DNA from: Carcharhinus amblyrhynchos
Taxonomy: Eukaryota
DNA: 64,000 bases
Direction: 5' to 3'
Assembly: GCA_965287045.1 (NCBI GenBank)
Contig: OZ336890.1
Location: 22,568,001-22,632,000 of the forward strand
The notes under the pieces were generated by a model, which did not search any database, was not told the origin of the DNA, and saw nothing but the letters and a program-made list of their open reading frames with translations. Shown piece by piece: positions 36,421-48,449 of the stretch (position 1 is its first letter; the number at the start of each line of letters is the position of its first letter). The position numbers and the translations under genes are program-made.

Positions 36421-36714
36421 GTGGCACAGTAGTTAGCACTGTTGCCTCATAGCGCCAAGAAGCTGGGTTCGATTCTGGCTTGGGTCACTATCTGTGTGAA
36501 GTTTGCACATTCTCCCCGTGTTTGCATGGGTTTCCTCCAACAGTCCAAAGATGTGTGGGTCAGGTGGATTAGCTATGCTTAATTGCCCCTTAGTGTCAGG
36601 AGGACCAGCTTGGGTAAATGAATGGAGTTATGGGGATAGGGCTGGGATGGGATTGTGGCCGATGCAGACTCGATGGGCCAAAAAGCCTCTTTCTGCACTG
36701 CGTGATTCAATAGA
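36421..36714 (+). mobile_element. HE1-like V-SINE with a CR1-type tail
   Basis: It has the head GTGGCACAGTAGTTAGCACTG...GGGTTCGATTC, the V-domain, and the tail GACTCGATGGGCCAAAAAGCCTCTTTCTGCACTG. Confidence 0.9.
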
Positions 36715-37956
36715 GTTGAAAAAAGGAGCTGGAGAGAAAAGACTAGATTTAATGGAACATGGACTGGTTGTATCAACAATGCGATCTGTGAACTCTCCAG
36801 GATGTGTCAATCAGCCTTATAAAACTTAATGGAGCAGAAGGTAATTGTATAAACAAACAATAATACCTCTGCTGAAGTAGCACCTCCTGTCAATCAAAGC
36901 AGTTCAAAAAGATCTGCTAACAGCTAAGGCTTATGAGAGAAAGCAAGTGGGATCTCCCTTTTGAAATAGATTGCTGCTATTATTACTAACACTTCGAAGA
37001 GGTCTGCTAATACCTGGGACTTATGACATCAATGAAGGGCAATCCCTACATAAGAATGGTCTACTGCTGTTATTTAAATGTTCATGGGGCATGGATTTTA
37101 ATGTGACCAGGCAACTTCAAGGCTAATACAGAAAACATACAATTTAACCAGAAAGGTGCCTGAAATTTACCATCCTGAGATTGAGTTTTCCAAGGCAGCA
37201 ACCCCGATCCCGGTGAAGAACCATGAGATCAACCCCTCCCTCCATCTCAAGCCCCAGGTCTTTTGAGGCAACACCCCTCCCCAGCAACTGTACAGCCCAT
37301 GGACAGCTCTGACAGAAAGTTAAATGTTGAACGTACCTCCTGGTTCCACCTTGGAGCCCATGTCACTGATGAGATTGAAATAGGTGCTCATGAGTTCTGA
37401 TCAGATTCTTTTCTGGACGAAAACCTGATCTCGACGCGGGAGTGAGACTAGAGACTTGCAACAGGTTTGATACCTGGCAAGAATCCCATTTTGGTCCTCG
37501 CACCCAATTAAAAGGGCCACTGGGAATCCCAGCTGGGGTTACTAACCCTGGAGAATCACCCCTATACTTGTTTAATGTCTTAACCAATCAATAATCCAAT
37601 GCCACATATATACCTTACAACACACTTCCACAAATTGAAATCTTTTCAACAAACAGTCTACACTCAGTCCTATATTCCAGTGGATTCACCTCTCCCGTTT
37701 TGCTGAGCCATGACGTCCAGTGATTGTTGAAGTCTTCCCCTCAGTCTCCTGAAAATTTCAGGACTTACTTTCAGCAGTAAGGCCTAATCCAATGATTCCT
37801 CCTTCCAGTCTCACCAGGGTGAATTTTCAAATATCCTTAAATCATTGTGTGTTACTTTTTGACAGTAGACAAACCTTCAAAAGACTGGGAATAATTTCCC
37901 CTGTAAGAAGTCTCACAACACCAGGTTAAAGTCCAGCAGGTTTATTTGGTAGCATA

Positions 37957-37999
37957 CGCCACTAGCTTTTGGGGCTTTTCCCCTTCGTCAGGCGAGTGG
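37957..37999 (-). ncRNA. Hammerhead ribozyme motif with a core mutation (G12 to A), probably inactive
   Basis: The reverse strand reads CUCGC-CUGACGA-A-GGGG-AAAAG-CCCC-AAAA-GCUAGUGG. GAAA has become AAAA through a C-to-T change at 37970 in a CpG. Confidence 0.6.
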
Positions 38000-38030
38000 G
38001 GAGTTCAGATCACAAACAGGTCAGAACTCC

Positions 38031-38073
38031 CCACTCACCTGACGAAGGGGAAAAGCCCCGAAAGCTAGTGGTG
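38031..38073 (+). ncRNA. Minimal type I hammerhead ribozyme
   Basis: The motif comprises CUGACGA (38039-38045), an extra A, stem II GGGG/CCCC with loop AAAAG, GAAA (38060-38063), palindromic AGCU as a minimal stem III, cleavage triplet CUA (cut after 38067), and stem I UCAC/GUGG. Confidence 0.75.
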
Positions 38074-38681
38074 TTTGCTACCAATTAAACCTGTTGGACT
38101 TTAACCTGGTGTTGTGAGACTTCTTTACCACAGTCCAACATCAGCATCTCCACACCACAATAATTTCCCCAGCATTCTTTCTGGGAACAGATAGGCAAAA
38201 CAATCTTCCTTTTCCTCAACAAACTACAGCAACTGCTGTTCCTTGTCTGTCTGCCTATCTGTCTCTTTCTTTCTCTCTCTAATTGTTGCAGTTCAAACTC
38301 TCTGAGACTAAAAAGTCTTGCAATAACAAGAACATTTGCTTCTGCCTTTGTTTTCAGGTGTTAAATCTGGCAGCTGCGTTTCAATTAAACATGACCTGGG
38401 CCCCTATTCTTCATGATTAACAAGCCAGGCAGGCTTGTTATCAGGTAGAACTCATAGCAGATCACATGCCTCTCTTCACTACTCAATTTTACCTTTAATT
38501 AAAGAGATAATCATCTTATAAAACCTCATATTTATAAATACATCACTATTCATTTGGATTATAATTGTAATCCAATTTTTATTTTCCAATTAAAAACATC
38601 ATTTCAGCCTTCAAACTGTGACAACATTGGGTTGCGTAACCAAGATCAGAATAATCTCTTACATTATGGTTACTTTTAAGG

Positions 38682-38976
38682 TGATTTGATTTATTATTGT
38701 CACATGTATTAGTATAGAGTGAAAAGTGTTGTTCCTTGTGAGCTATATAGACAAAGTATACCGTACATAGAGCAGCAAAGGAGAGAGTACAGAATGCAGT
38801 GTTACGGTCATAGCTAGGGTGTAGAGAAAGATCAACTTAATGTGAAGTAGGTCCATTCAAAAGTCTGATGGTAGCAGGGAAGAAGCAGTTCATAAGTCGA
38901 TTGGCATGTCTCCTCAAACTTTTGTAACTTTTTCCCAATGGACGAAGGTGGAAGAGAGAATGTCTGGGGTGCATGG
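38682..38976 (-). mobile_element. Rex1/Babar-type LINE 3' end
   Basis: It has the tail GATTTGATTTATTATTGTCACATG. The ORF HPRHSLFHLRPLGKSYKSL...CFFPATIRLLN is homologous to 18100-18370. Confidence 0.85.
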
Positions 38977-40529
38977 TAAGCAATGAATTATAAGTTAGTG
39001 TTAATTTGGTTTCAATTTTAACATTGCTTTGCCAATATGTTGAAATCATGAAAATCTTTCTTCCATTGCTGCTTGACCGTAAGCTGATGTTCACTCCTTG
39101 GGTTGTTGTTAAAGTTCTTCAAATTAGTATATTAAAAAGTACATAACTTTCAGAACTAACATTGCAAGATGACTAATTCTTTTAAAAGTGTACAACTCTA
39201 TCTCAAATTTTGACCCCTTGTCTTTTTGAGCCTTTTCCATATAAGTTCTTTATTTATATCTTTTGTCTTGGTCTACGTTATGAATACTATCAATGCTGCA
39301 CTGTCCCATCTGAACATCTCCAAATACTGAGTTCTATGAATCCATATATACTGTAAAATGTGTTTATTCGGCTTTATGACATGTCAGACCGTTCTTTTGA
39401 AGGCCTGTGATGTTCACCTTTTTGACAGGCTTAAAATCGAATTCAGAAATGAAAAAACAACAGCAGAAACAATAGCTGTCATTTCCTAATGGCCTAATCA
39501 GGACCATGCCAAGAAATGCATTTTCTGTAGATCCAGTAGAACGACAGACTCCCCAGGAGTACCATTCAATCTCCTGAGTGTTCTTTGACAAGTATATTGC
39601 TGACAAGTACAATGTTTCCCATAACCTTGTGAGAGTTGCAGTGGCACTCTTACATCCCATTCAAATGTACTATATATGGCTATTCTCCATGACCCTCTGA
39701 GGATTGTAGAAGGATTAAAGCATCATGCTAACGGGTAACAACATTATGCCGCACATGAACGGAAGACAAAATTAAATTGCAGCTCCAGCACTTTGCTTTC
39801 TTAGGGGTGATGAGTTGATCTTGGTCAGGCCATCGCATGCTTCACAAATGAAGTGAATTTGGATGACATGGGAGGAGACAAATTGTCAGGGTTTGAACTT
39901 GGACTCCACTCAAGCACCTCCTCCTCCTACTCTTTACTGATTTCTCACAAATCAATTAATCTGTACGATGCAATGTTTACCAGTGCTCCATTGATGTTGT
40001 CCAATAATGTATGCAGATCACAACTGGCTGTAACTTATTTTTCAGAAAGCTGCAGGCATTGCAATAATAAAAAGCACATCCTATTTGTTGATTTCTTAGC
40101 TGACGGACATCTTTTATATAAATATGGAAAGGTAAATGTTAAATCAGTGTCACTGCAAAATCATGATGCACTGCACTGAATATATTTGAGCAGAGGGTTG
40201 TGTAGTTTTTATCTTGTCTTACCATAGCTGAATATGTAATTGTGTTAATAATACATGTGTGCCTTGGTAAATACAAAGATTTCACAGTGGTTGCAACCAG
40301 CAAAAGCGCAGCTATTTAACTGAGTTACGTTAATTCAGCTTAAACTGAAGTTAGAAGATATGAGTTTCCTGCTTTGTATTTAGGCTACCACACAAGTTGC
40401 ATTTACTGACTAAAGCCATTGATAGTTAGCAGTGGGAACTTCAAAGCATATGTTATTTAATATATTTATTGGCTTTAATACATGTAGAGTTTCCATTTCT
40501 GCTGTTCTGTTCAAATTCTTGAGTTTAAA

Positions 40530-40720
40530 ACACAGAATTCAATTTGACTGTTTTGCTTTATCCACTTGCAATTTTACTTTAAAAGATTTATGTATCTGTA
40601 TCCCTAAATCACTCTTAAATCACTCTCAGTCATACCATTTAATTTATACTTCCTTTCTCTCCTCTTTTCCCAAAATGTGCTCTAGTCATTCCACTTTCTT
40701 CACATTAAACTGCCAGCTCT
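40530..40720 (-). mobile_element. Degenerate CR1 fragment
   Basis: TTATCCACTTGC...AAAGATTTATGTATCTGTATCCCTAAATC...CCCAAAATGTG...CACATTAAAC resembles the reverse complement of CR1 FNV.KC.V.HFG...LG...DL. Confidence 0.4.
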
Positions 40721-42945
40721 TACTTATTAGTCCTTCTGAAGCATTCTGCATTCTTGCCTACAGTTTGTGCAAATGAACAAAACTGAAAATAAATGATTCA
40801 ACAAGTGAGCAGGCAAAAATATCATTTTGATTTAATCATCTTACCTTGAGGCTGGTGAATTAGCATAATTGACAGTGAGCAGAGGTGATGGAGATTGATT
40901 GAACAGCAAATTTAAGTGGATTAGATTGTGGTCAATCTGATCAGGAAATTTCATGTCCTAGGATACTGGTCATATTGTTGTCAGATTTCTTGTCAGTTGC
41001 TTATCCAGTTCTCTCATAAACTGGGACATGGAATCAGCAATCACTTGGCAGTTCATTCTGTACGTTTTCCACCATAAAGATGTTAAATCTAAGCTTTCTT
41101 TTCTATCTTTCTCTACTATGTTTGCAGCTATATATCATATATTATCTGCCTATGCCAAAAACCATTAGATAAATGGAATTTAAAGAATCCTTAGCATAGT
41201 TTTCTGGGGCACATTAATACCCAGATTCTGTTAACTTTAGAAACACTTGCACCCTAATTCTGTATTTTTCTGTCCCTTAACCATCTTTCTATTCTTGCAG
41301 CTAAATTTCCATGAGTTCTATGTATCTTAATTTTCATAACCAGTGTAGTACCTTGTAATGTCTATATATGCAACAAGAATTTCTAATAAGTTACCAAGTC
41401 ATGGCTGGGTGTTGTCAGGCACAGCTCCTTGATTGGACCATCCCTTCTGAAATATTCATTAATTTCATCTTGTACTACAGACTCAGAAATGTTTCCATGC
41501 CTTAAGTTAAGACTTTTTAATATGTTGTTCTGAATAGTTATCTTTAGTGGTATCTATTTCATATCAATTTCAAATACTTCCCACTGTGTGTGTGTGTGTG
41601 GAGGGGGTGGATGGGGAATCTCTCTTTGGTAATGGTGTGAATTTATTGCTGTGACTGACTTCCAGGTATGTTTGGGCAACTCACGTAAAAATGTGGACAG
41701 GTTTTGGGCATAAAACTAATGAAATGCGAAAGGACCTCAGGATGAAAAGCTGTTCCTTTGGCCCTCATGAATGCATCAATGCATTTGCTAAAATCATTCA
41801 AGGGACCTCGGATGAATCTTGTGTTTCCCTCTTAACCTCTATAATGTGCATCTAACTGTGGTGAATATTTCAACTTGAGCTGCTCCTCTTTGCTGCAGCA
41901 CTTGTCAATATTGAATAATTGATATTGCCTGAAATGCTGAATGTCTGCATTCAACATGACAATTATTGTACATTCTCTGTTTAGATCTGTGTTCTTGCAG
42001 TGCTTAGAATGCTAATCATTCTTAACCTTTAGAATACAAGATGCACTGTTCGTCACTGGGACAAACCTTCCGGAAGCAATACAGTGAGGAACGTTTGTAA
42101 TTTCTTTAAAATGTCAGTGGAATCTGTAATTGTTTTTAAGAATGTTTGAAAAGGACTTTTTAAGAGTTTGTATCACTTGTAAAAAGATTAATTGTAATTT
42201 TGGGTAACAAGAAATACCAGTCCACGTGACTTGGTGCCCTTGATGTGGAAGCAGTAGCAACAGGAAGGAATTTTAAGGCCAGAAACCATGAGGGTGGTTG
42301 ACATAAAGGAGAGCTGGAGGCAGAAGGCGACCAGTACACATACTGCAGACACGAAGGAATGCTGCAGCAGTTAACAAACTCCTGGTGTGTTAAGGAGCAA
42401 GCCAAATTTTCTCCAAAAAGATCAGTTTTCGGTTTGACAGCAATAAGAGAAATAGAATTCCAGAACCTATTGGGGAAGCAATACATGACCAAGCTAAAAG
42501 AGACAGAATCAAAATCGGTACAAATAGCTCAGGCATGTGAAAGAGATGATAATCTGTATCAGAGGATCAGACTATGAGCTGGGTATTGTTGATTGGTCAG
42601 TTAAACAGACTCTGGAAGTCTATGTTTCAGAACTGACATGAGCAGAAGACGTGGGGAGCTTCATGCCTTCCTACTGTCACAAGTGAGGAAAATTTCATAG
42701 ATATGTGCCTTTGTAGGTGTTAACCATATCAAGGGACTTTGGATGGAATGCAACTGCCAGTGAATGTGATTTGAGGACTGAATGAGTTGGACTGTGAGAG
42801 AAGTTATGTATCAGAAGCTGAGTTAGAAAGAATGTGAGGTTGCACAAGGTGTCATATATGTACAGGAAATGATGCAAGCGCTAATGGTTGCTTAAATTGT
42901 ATATTTGTTTTATTGACTATTTAAATGAAATTTGCCTTATCAATT

Positions 42946-43355
42946 ATCTGGAGCGTAGAAGGCTGAGGGGCAATCTTATAGAGGTCATCTATAAACTAAT
43001 GAGGGGCATAGAACCGCTAGATAGTCAATATCTTGTCCCAAAGGTAGGGGAGTCTAACACTAGAGGGCATAGGTTTAAGGTGAGAGGGGAGAGATACAAA
43101 AGTGTCCAGAGGGGCAATTTTTTCACTCAGAGGGTGGTGAGTGGCTGGAGCAAACTGCCAGAGGTAGTAGTGGAGGCAGGTACAATTTTGTCTTTTAAAA
43201 AGCATTGAGACAGATACATGAGTAAGATCGGTATAAGGGGATATGGACCAAATGCGGGCAATTAGGATTAGCTTCAGGGTTTTAAAAAAAGAGTGGCAAG
43301 TTGGGCCAAAGGGCCTGTTTCCATGCTGTTAATCTCTATTACTCTATGACTCTAT
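42946..43355 (+). mobile_element. CR1 LINE 3' end
   Basis: It encodes LERRRLRGNLIEV.YKLMRG...TRGHRFKVRGERY...FFTQRVVSGWSKLPEVVVEAGTI and has the tail GGGCCTGTTTCCATGCTG...CTCTATGACTCTAT. Confidence 0.92.
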
Positions 43356-43932
43356 CTGTTATTCATATGTCGTTTGCATTGATTCTGTTTCGTGGTTAAA
43401 TAAAACTTACAAAAGTGGAATGTTGTTGGTAATTTCAATCAGTAAACTTAAGTCATTTTGGTTTACAGTTCTCCACAGGAGTTCTAACACCATAAAAGTT
43501 GCAGAAGAAAATATTTTCTATCAATTTCTTAGACTTTCTGAAAAGTCTAATGCTTTGCCACCTCAGCAATCTTGAGTTTAAAATGAAGCATGTTATTTTG
43601 ACAGGTTGAATTAGATAAATGCACAGAGTGGTTGTTGGTTAATGGTATTCTCTGAATAAATCAACACATTTCAGTATTTATTTATTTTAGCTGAGTTACG
43701 TTGCTGCTGCCGTCACAGTATTAATGTCTGATTTCCCAAGGTATTGCAGTAGAAAAATTAGCACTGGGGAGAAATTTTCCTTACGAGATTTGTGTTTAAT
43801 AAATATTGCTCTCATACATATAAATGTGCTAGTTGAGCCCTGTTTATTTAGCCCCCCAAAAAACTGGGTGCATATGGAGATAGCCAGTGAGTACAATTTC
43901 CATCTGTATCCTCACTAAACCTGAGGCAAGCT

Positions 43933-44418
43933 GATTTGATTTAATTTAATTTATTATTGTCAAATGTATTAACATACCGTGAAAAGTATTGTTTCTTGCA
44001 CAAAATGCAGCAAAACATACCATTCATAGAGAAAGAAATGTAATGTTATAGTCATAACTAGTAGAGAAAAATCAACTTAATGCAAGGTAGGTCCATTCAA
44101 AAGTCTGACAGCAGCATGGAAGGAGCTGTTCTTGAGTCAGTTGGTACATGACCACAGACTTTTGTATCTTTTTCCCAATGGAAGCAGGCGGAAGAGAGAG
44201 AATATCCGGACTGCATGGGGTCCTTAATTATGCTGGCTGCTTTGCCGAGGCAGCAGGAAGTGTAGACAGGGTCAATGGATGGGAGGCTGCTTTGCGTGAT
44301 AGACTGGGCCAGGTTCACCATTCTTTGTAATTTCTTGCGGTCTTGGGCAGAGCAAGAGCCTTACCAAACTGTGATAGAACCAGAAAGAATGGTTTCTATG
44401 GTGCATCTGTAAAAGTTG
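43933..44418 (-). mobile_element. Rex1/Babar-type LINE 3' end
   Basis: It has the tail GATTTGATTTAATTTAATTTATTATTGTC. The ORF AQSITQSSLPSIDPVYTSCCLGKAASIIKDP is homologous to 17930-18370. Confidence 0.88.
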
Positions 44419-44692
44419 ACTTTGTCATATGATGATATTATGCATAGTTGAACACATCAGTGCTGCTGTGACCCACCTACCAGTTACCAGTGATTGTTTA
44501 CTTTTAGTAAGAAGCTGAATAGGTTCCAAATAGCACATTGGCTGCATCCCCAAAGAACCTGTTGCCTTCCATCATGCTTGAGTCCCTCAGATGAGCCAAT
44601 GAGCATCATGACAATGCAGTTACTTGGCTTTTCTTTACAACCAAGAAATAAATTTTTTCACAGATGGAAGAGTATGTTTTTTAAAGTAAATA

Positions 44693-45062
44693 ATAGAATC
44701 ATACAGTGCAGAAGAAGCCCTTCGGCCCATTGAGTTCACACTGACACATTAGAAACACTCTGACTTAATCCCATCTGCGAGCACTTGGCCCATAGTCTTC
44801 AATGTTGTGATGTGCCAAGTGTTCATCCAGCCATTTTTAAAACATGTGAGGCAACCTGCCTCTACCACCCTCCCAGGCAGCACATTTCAGCCATCACCAC
44901 TCTGGGTAAAAAAGTTTTTTCCTCACATTCCCCTAAATCTCCTGCCCTTCACCTTGAACCTATATCCCCTTGTGAGTGACCTTTCAAGGGGAACAGCTGC
45001 TCCTTGTCCACTCTGTCCATATCTCTCGTTATCTTGTACCCTTCAATCAGGTCACCCCTCAG
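44693..45062 (-). mobile_element. CR1 LINE 3' end
   Basis: It has the tail ATAGAATCATACAGTGCAGAAGAAGCCCTTCGGCCC. The reverse strand encodes LRGDLIEGYKITRDMDRVDKEQLFPL. Confidence 0.88.
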
Positions 45063-45899
45063 AAGCGACTGTGACTGACTCTGTGTGGGAATGACAGCAT
45101 GTATGAGTGAAAGTGAGAATATGAGTGCAGGTGAGTGTGTTAGAGTGTGTGCAAGAGACGAGCTGTGGGGATGACTGTGAGTCTGCCTTTCACTCAGTCT
45201 CCGGTTTCTTAATCTCTCACCACCATACCCATACATATGTATACTCACTGACTCACATACAGTAACCCTTTCGCATGCTGGTCAGGTTTATTACTTACTT
45301 TTTTTGACTTAACAATTTATTGCTCTTGCATTGGCTTTTTTTCACCCAGAAACCCCAACTTTTCTTTCCTTAAAACCCCAGCTTTTTTTAAAATTCAGTT
45401 TATTGTTCTGCCAAATTTTATCTTTCTGAAATTTTCTCAATGTCCTCTTGAGTTAGGATTATATGCAAATATGCCACCCCACCCTCTCTTCCCCAAGTGA
45501 AAAGGTTTGATGAGCTTGAACTCGAGGGATTAATTTCTGTTGACCTGGGATTTTTCCATGGATGAAATGAGGCAAGATTGTAAGATTTCTCATTTTATGA
45601 GGGTTGAACTTTATGAACAGCGTAAGTCAGTTGCATGCTAACTGGATTTTTACTGAGTGTAGCAATTTGTCATTGCAATGGACCAGTTTTCTCTTTGTGT
45701 TACTGTGAAGAGGAAGGTGATAAATAATTTGAGTCAAGATATTATTGCATGTTTTTTCAACATGTGCACATCCAAATTATTAAAGTGGGTCCATGTGTAA
45801 AGCACGTGTATAAAGAACATGTATGCAATGTATCTGTGCATGTTATAATAGGCTAAATGTATGTTCATTTCTAACATCAATACAGTATTGGATTGACAC

Positions 45900-46110
45900 T
45901 AGGTGGTGTTCAAGAGACTACTAATTGATAAATATGCTGCTATATGCTAGTTAAAGCCTTCAGATTAATAGATCACGGCTGGTGGTTTGATCGGAATTGA
46001 TTCAATTAATATCAAATTAAATTAATAAAGTGGATATTTAAGTATATGTAAAGGTCAATGGTAGCAATGTTGAAAGTTATGTAACTCTCCTTTCAATCAG
46101 ATGTACCCAT
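45900..46110. promoter_or_regulatory. Candidate conserved non-coding element
   Basis: It has a dense homeodomain-type motif cluster (CTAATTG, GATTAAT, AATTGATTCAATTAATATCAAATTAAATTAATAAA), a nuclear-receptor half-site AAGGTCA, and retained CpGs. Confidence 0.3.
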
Positions 46111-47593
46111 ACAAAGAACCTGCTTTCAAGCTCTCTTTGTAAGTTCTTTTCCCTCTGATTTTTTTTCTCTCTGGCACAGATGGGTGGCTGAACAGCTGTT
46201 TGAGAATTCTGAGGATTAGTGGCAGAGACTTTGGAGAGGGTTGGCTTAAGCTGCCTTGCGCCTGTCACTGTTCTAAAGCACTGCGCCTCTATTCCTGTGT
46301 GTAGGCGGAATGCATAGCAACTGACAAATACCTCCTTTGGCCTCTGAAGTATGAAGTCAAACAGCACTGTTGGGGAGTGGGGCCATTGCTTTGACTCAAT
46401 CAAGTAAAATACGATTCAAGCATGTTTTCCCACTGAGGGTTAAAGTGGTTTTGTGGAGGATTTTAAGCACAGATGTGTGAACCCTCGCTGAGGGAAGGTA
46501 GACTCTTGTGATACTGGGAATTTCTTGCTTGGAAAAATGCAATTGTTCAACAAAAAAGCAGCACCTGCATGCATCTGGTGATATAGTAATCTGTTTCATC
46601 ATAGCAAAGGGGAAGTTTTATAGGTTCAATCTGCAGACAATTCTATGGAAAGTATTATTTGTGGAGATCTTGAGCTGGATTTACATTTGTATAACAGTTT
46701 GTTCCTGGGAAAATTCAAAACAGATCCACTTTGCATAAAAGTATAATCAAATGGCTTTTAGTATTGTTGACAGGAAATAATTTCTGAACTAGCAGGCTGA
46801 ATGTGCCCCTCAAAGCACAATCAGGGTAATTGCATTAAACAATATGATACTAAATTTGATCTTAATGTGTGTGTTGGTCTGGTTAATATTAGTAATTTGA
46901 TACAGTTTTTTTTTGACACTTATCCTATCTAGGACAAGTTTTTTTTCTTTTTGGCAACATAGGGCTAGGATTTTATGCTTAAGAAAATGGCACATTGACA
47001 GTTCAGATGGAGGGAGGAAGGGCCGATGCTGTAAAATTGCGTAAGATAGTGTCAGGTTTATCCCCTTTTCACCGAGCCCCATGGGTTAACACTTGTGTTT
47101 TCAAATTCCGCAATTGAGTGGCACCTGAGATCCTTCCCCATGTAATGGTAAGCACATAGGTGATATGGGGAGTTGGAATCTCAGCAGCTTTTAAAGGATA
47201 GGTGACAACAGGTTCAGCTCAAAAGCCATGCAGTGAGGCTTTTCCCTTTTGTTTGTTTAAAGGAGTTGGATAACCATTGATTTAAGGTCAAGGCCTCCTT
47301 GATAAGATAGTGCCTCTGGCAGGGGAGATGGTCTGAGTGGGTTGGGGAGCATTGCAGCAACTACTGGCAGCTTGGCCCAGGTGTCATATTCTGTGCTACA
47401 ACGTCAGGAGATTTTAGAATTTGTTAGGAACAAAAGGCACTTATTGATGAGTGAAACTTGGGGCAGGAGGTTTGTGGCTCAGGGAGTGCAAGTCCTTAGA
47501 AGCTTACAACTTGTAGATGATTCCAGCTTTATTGTTTGCTCATAATTTATTATAAACCTTTCAAGGAATTTTTCATTACAATGCAAAAGGAAG

Positions 47594-47633
47594 AACATAG
47601 AACATTACAGCGCGGAACAGGCCCTTCGGCCCA
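47594..47633 (-). mobile_element. CR1 3' tail stub
   Basis: AACATAGAACATTACAGCGCGGAACAGGCCCTTCGGCCCAC. Confidence 0.7.
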
Positions 47634-47674
47634 CAATAAGAGATGCGACTGATTCTTGCTTTCAGCCAGTCATT

Positions 47675-47970
47675 TAGTCATAGAGGTTTACAGCATGGAA
47701 ACAGGTTCTTGAGTCCAATTTGTCCATGCTGCCCAATTTTTACCATTAAAGTAGTCCCAATTGCCCGTGTTTGGCCCGAATCCCTCTATGCCATTCTTAC
47801 CCATGTAACTGACTAAATGCTTTTTAAAAGACAAAGTTGTACCTGCCTCAAGTGCAACTTCTGACAGCCCGTTCTAGACATTCACTACCTTCTGTGTGGA
47901 AAAAATTGCCCCTCTGGACCCTTTTGTATCTCTCCCATCTCACCTTAAACCTATGCCTCTAGTTTTAGAC
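47675..47970 (-). mobile_element. CR1 LINE 3' end
   Basis: It is the reverse complement of the 43050-43355 subfamily (AAATTGCCCCTCTGGACCCTTTTGTATCTCTCCC...AAACCTATGCCTCTAG). Confidence 0.88.
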
Positions 47971-48449
47971 TAGAGTCATTTTGGAGTCTTTTGAGGCCCC
48001 TTTCCTGGTGTCTTTCATTGCCCACTGGAGGTCTTTCAGTACCCCCATCTTAGAGGACTTTTACTGCCTACTCTGAATCTGGAATTGCCTCTTGCTTGCA
48101 GGCAGGCTGCTCTGAGCTCCAGAATTGTCCTTTCTTGAGGTCTGAATTTCTTCCTTTATGACATTGCATTGCCTGTTTCTTGAGTCTTAATTTGCTTTGT
48201 GAGATCTCGTGTTGGTTACAGACTTGCTTTTTAAGAGTTGCCCTCACCTGGAAGTCTTCTCTGATTTACCTGCCCCTTGTCCTTTGTTCCATCTTATGGT
48301 TGTTGCATTAAATATTGTAAAATTTTAACTTTTTTTTAATCACTTTAACATTTTCAACTACAGTTTCTCTTTGTCTGTGCTTTCCCTTCGCTTTTGCAAT
48401 TTGATGGGAAAGTACAGCTCCTTTTTTTTGTTGGACCCTTTGTAAACTG

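Larger units (their letters stand above)
37902..38158. mobile_element. Non-autonomous Penelope-like element with inverted terminal repeats, hammerhead motifs and a 12-bp TSD
   Basis: The 102-bp arms at 37905-38006 and 38024-38125 differ at 6 positions. A 33-bp unpaired tail follows (38126-38158). AATAATTTCCCC is duplicated at 37890-37901 and 38159-38170. Confidence 0.88.

Noticed and set aside
37902-38158. DNA-transposon MITE or pre-miRNA interpretation of the long hairpin
   Set aside because: The one-sided tail, 12-bp TSD, hammerhead cores and a non-inverted homolog at 28793 fit a Penelope-type retroelement better.
42097-43488. Possible solo LTR surrounding the CR1 at 42946-43355
   Set aside because: It has TGT...TAACA-like ends and AATAAA, but I could not find a TSD or fix the left boundary.
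45065-45262. GT-rich and CA-rich quasi-palindrome
   Set aside because: It is low-complexity, microsatellite-derived sequence with no long specific stem.
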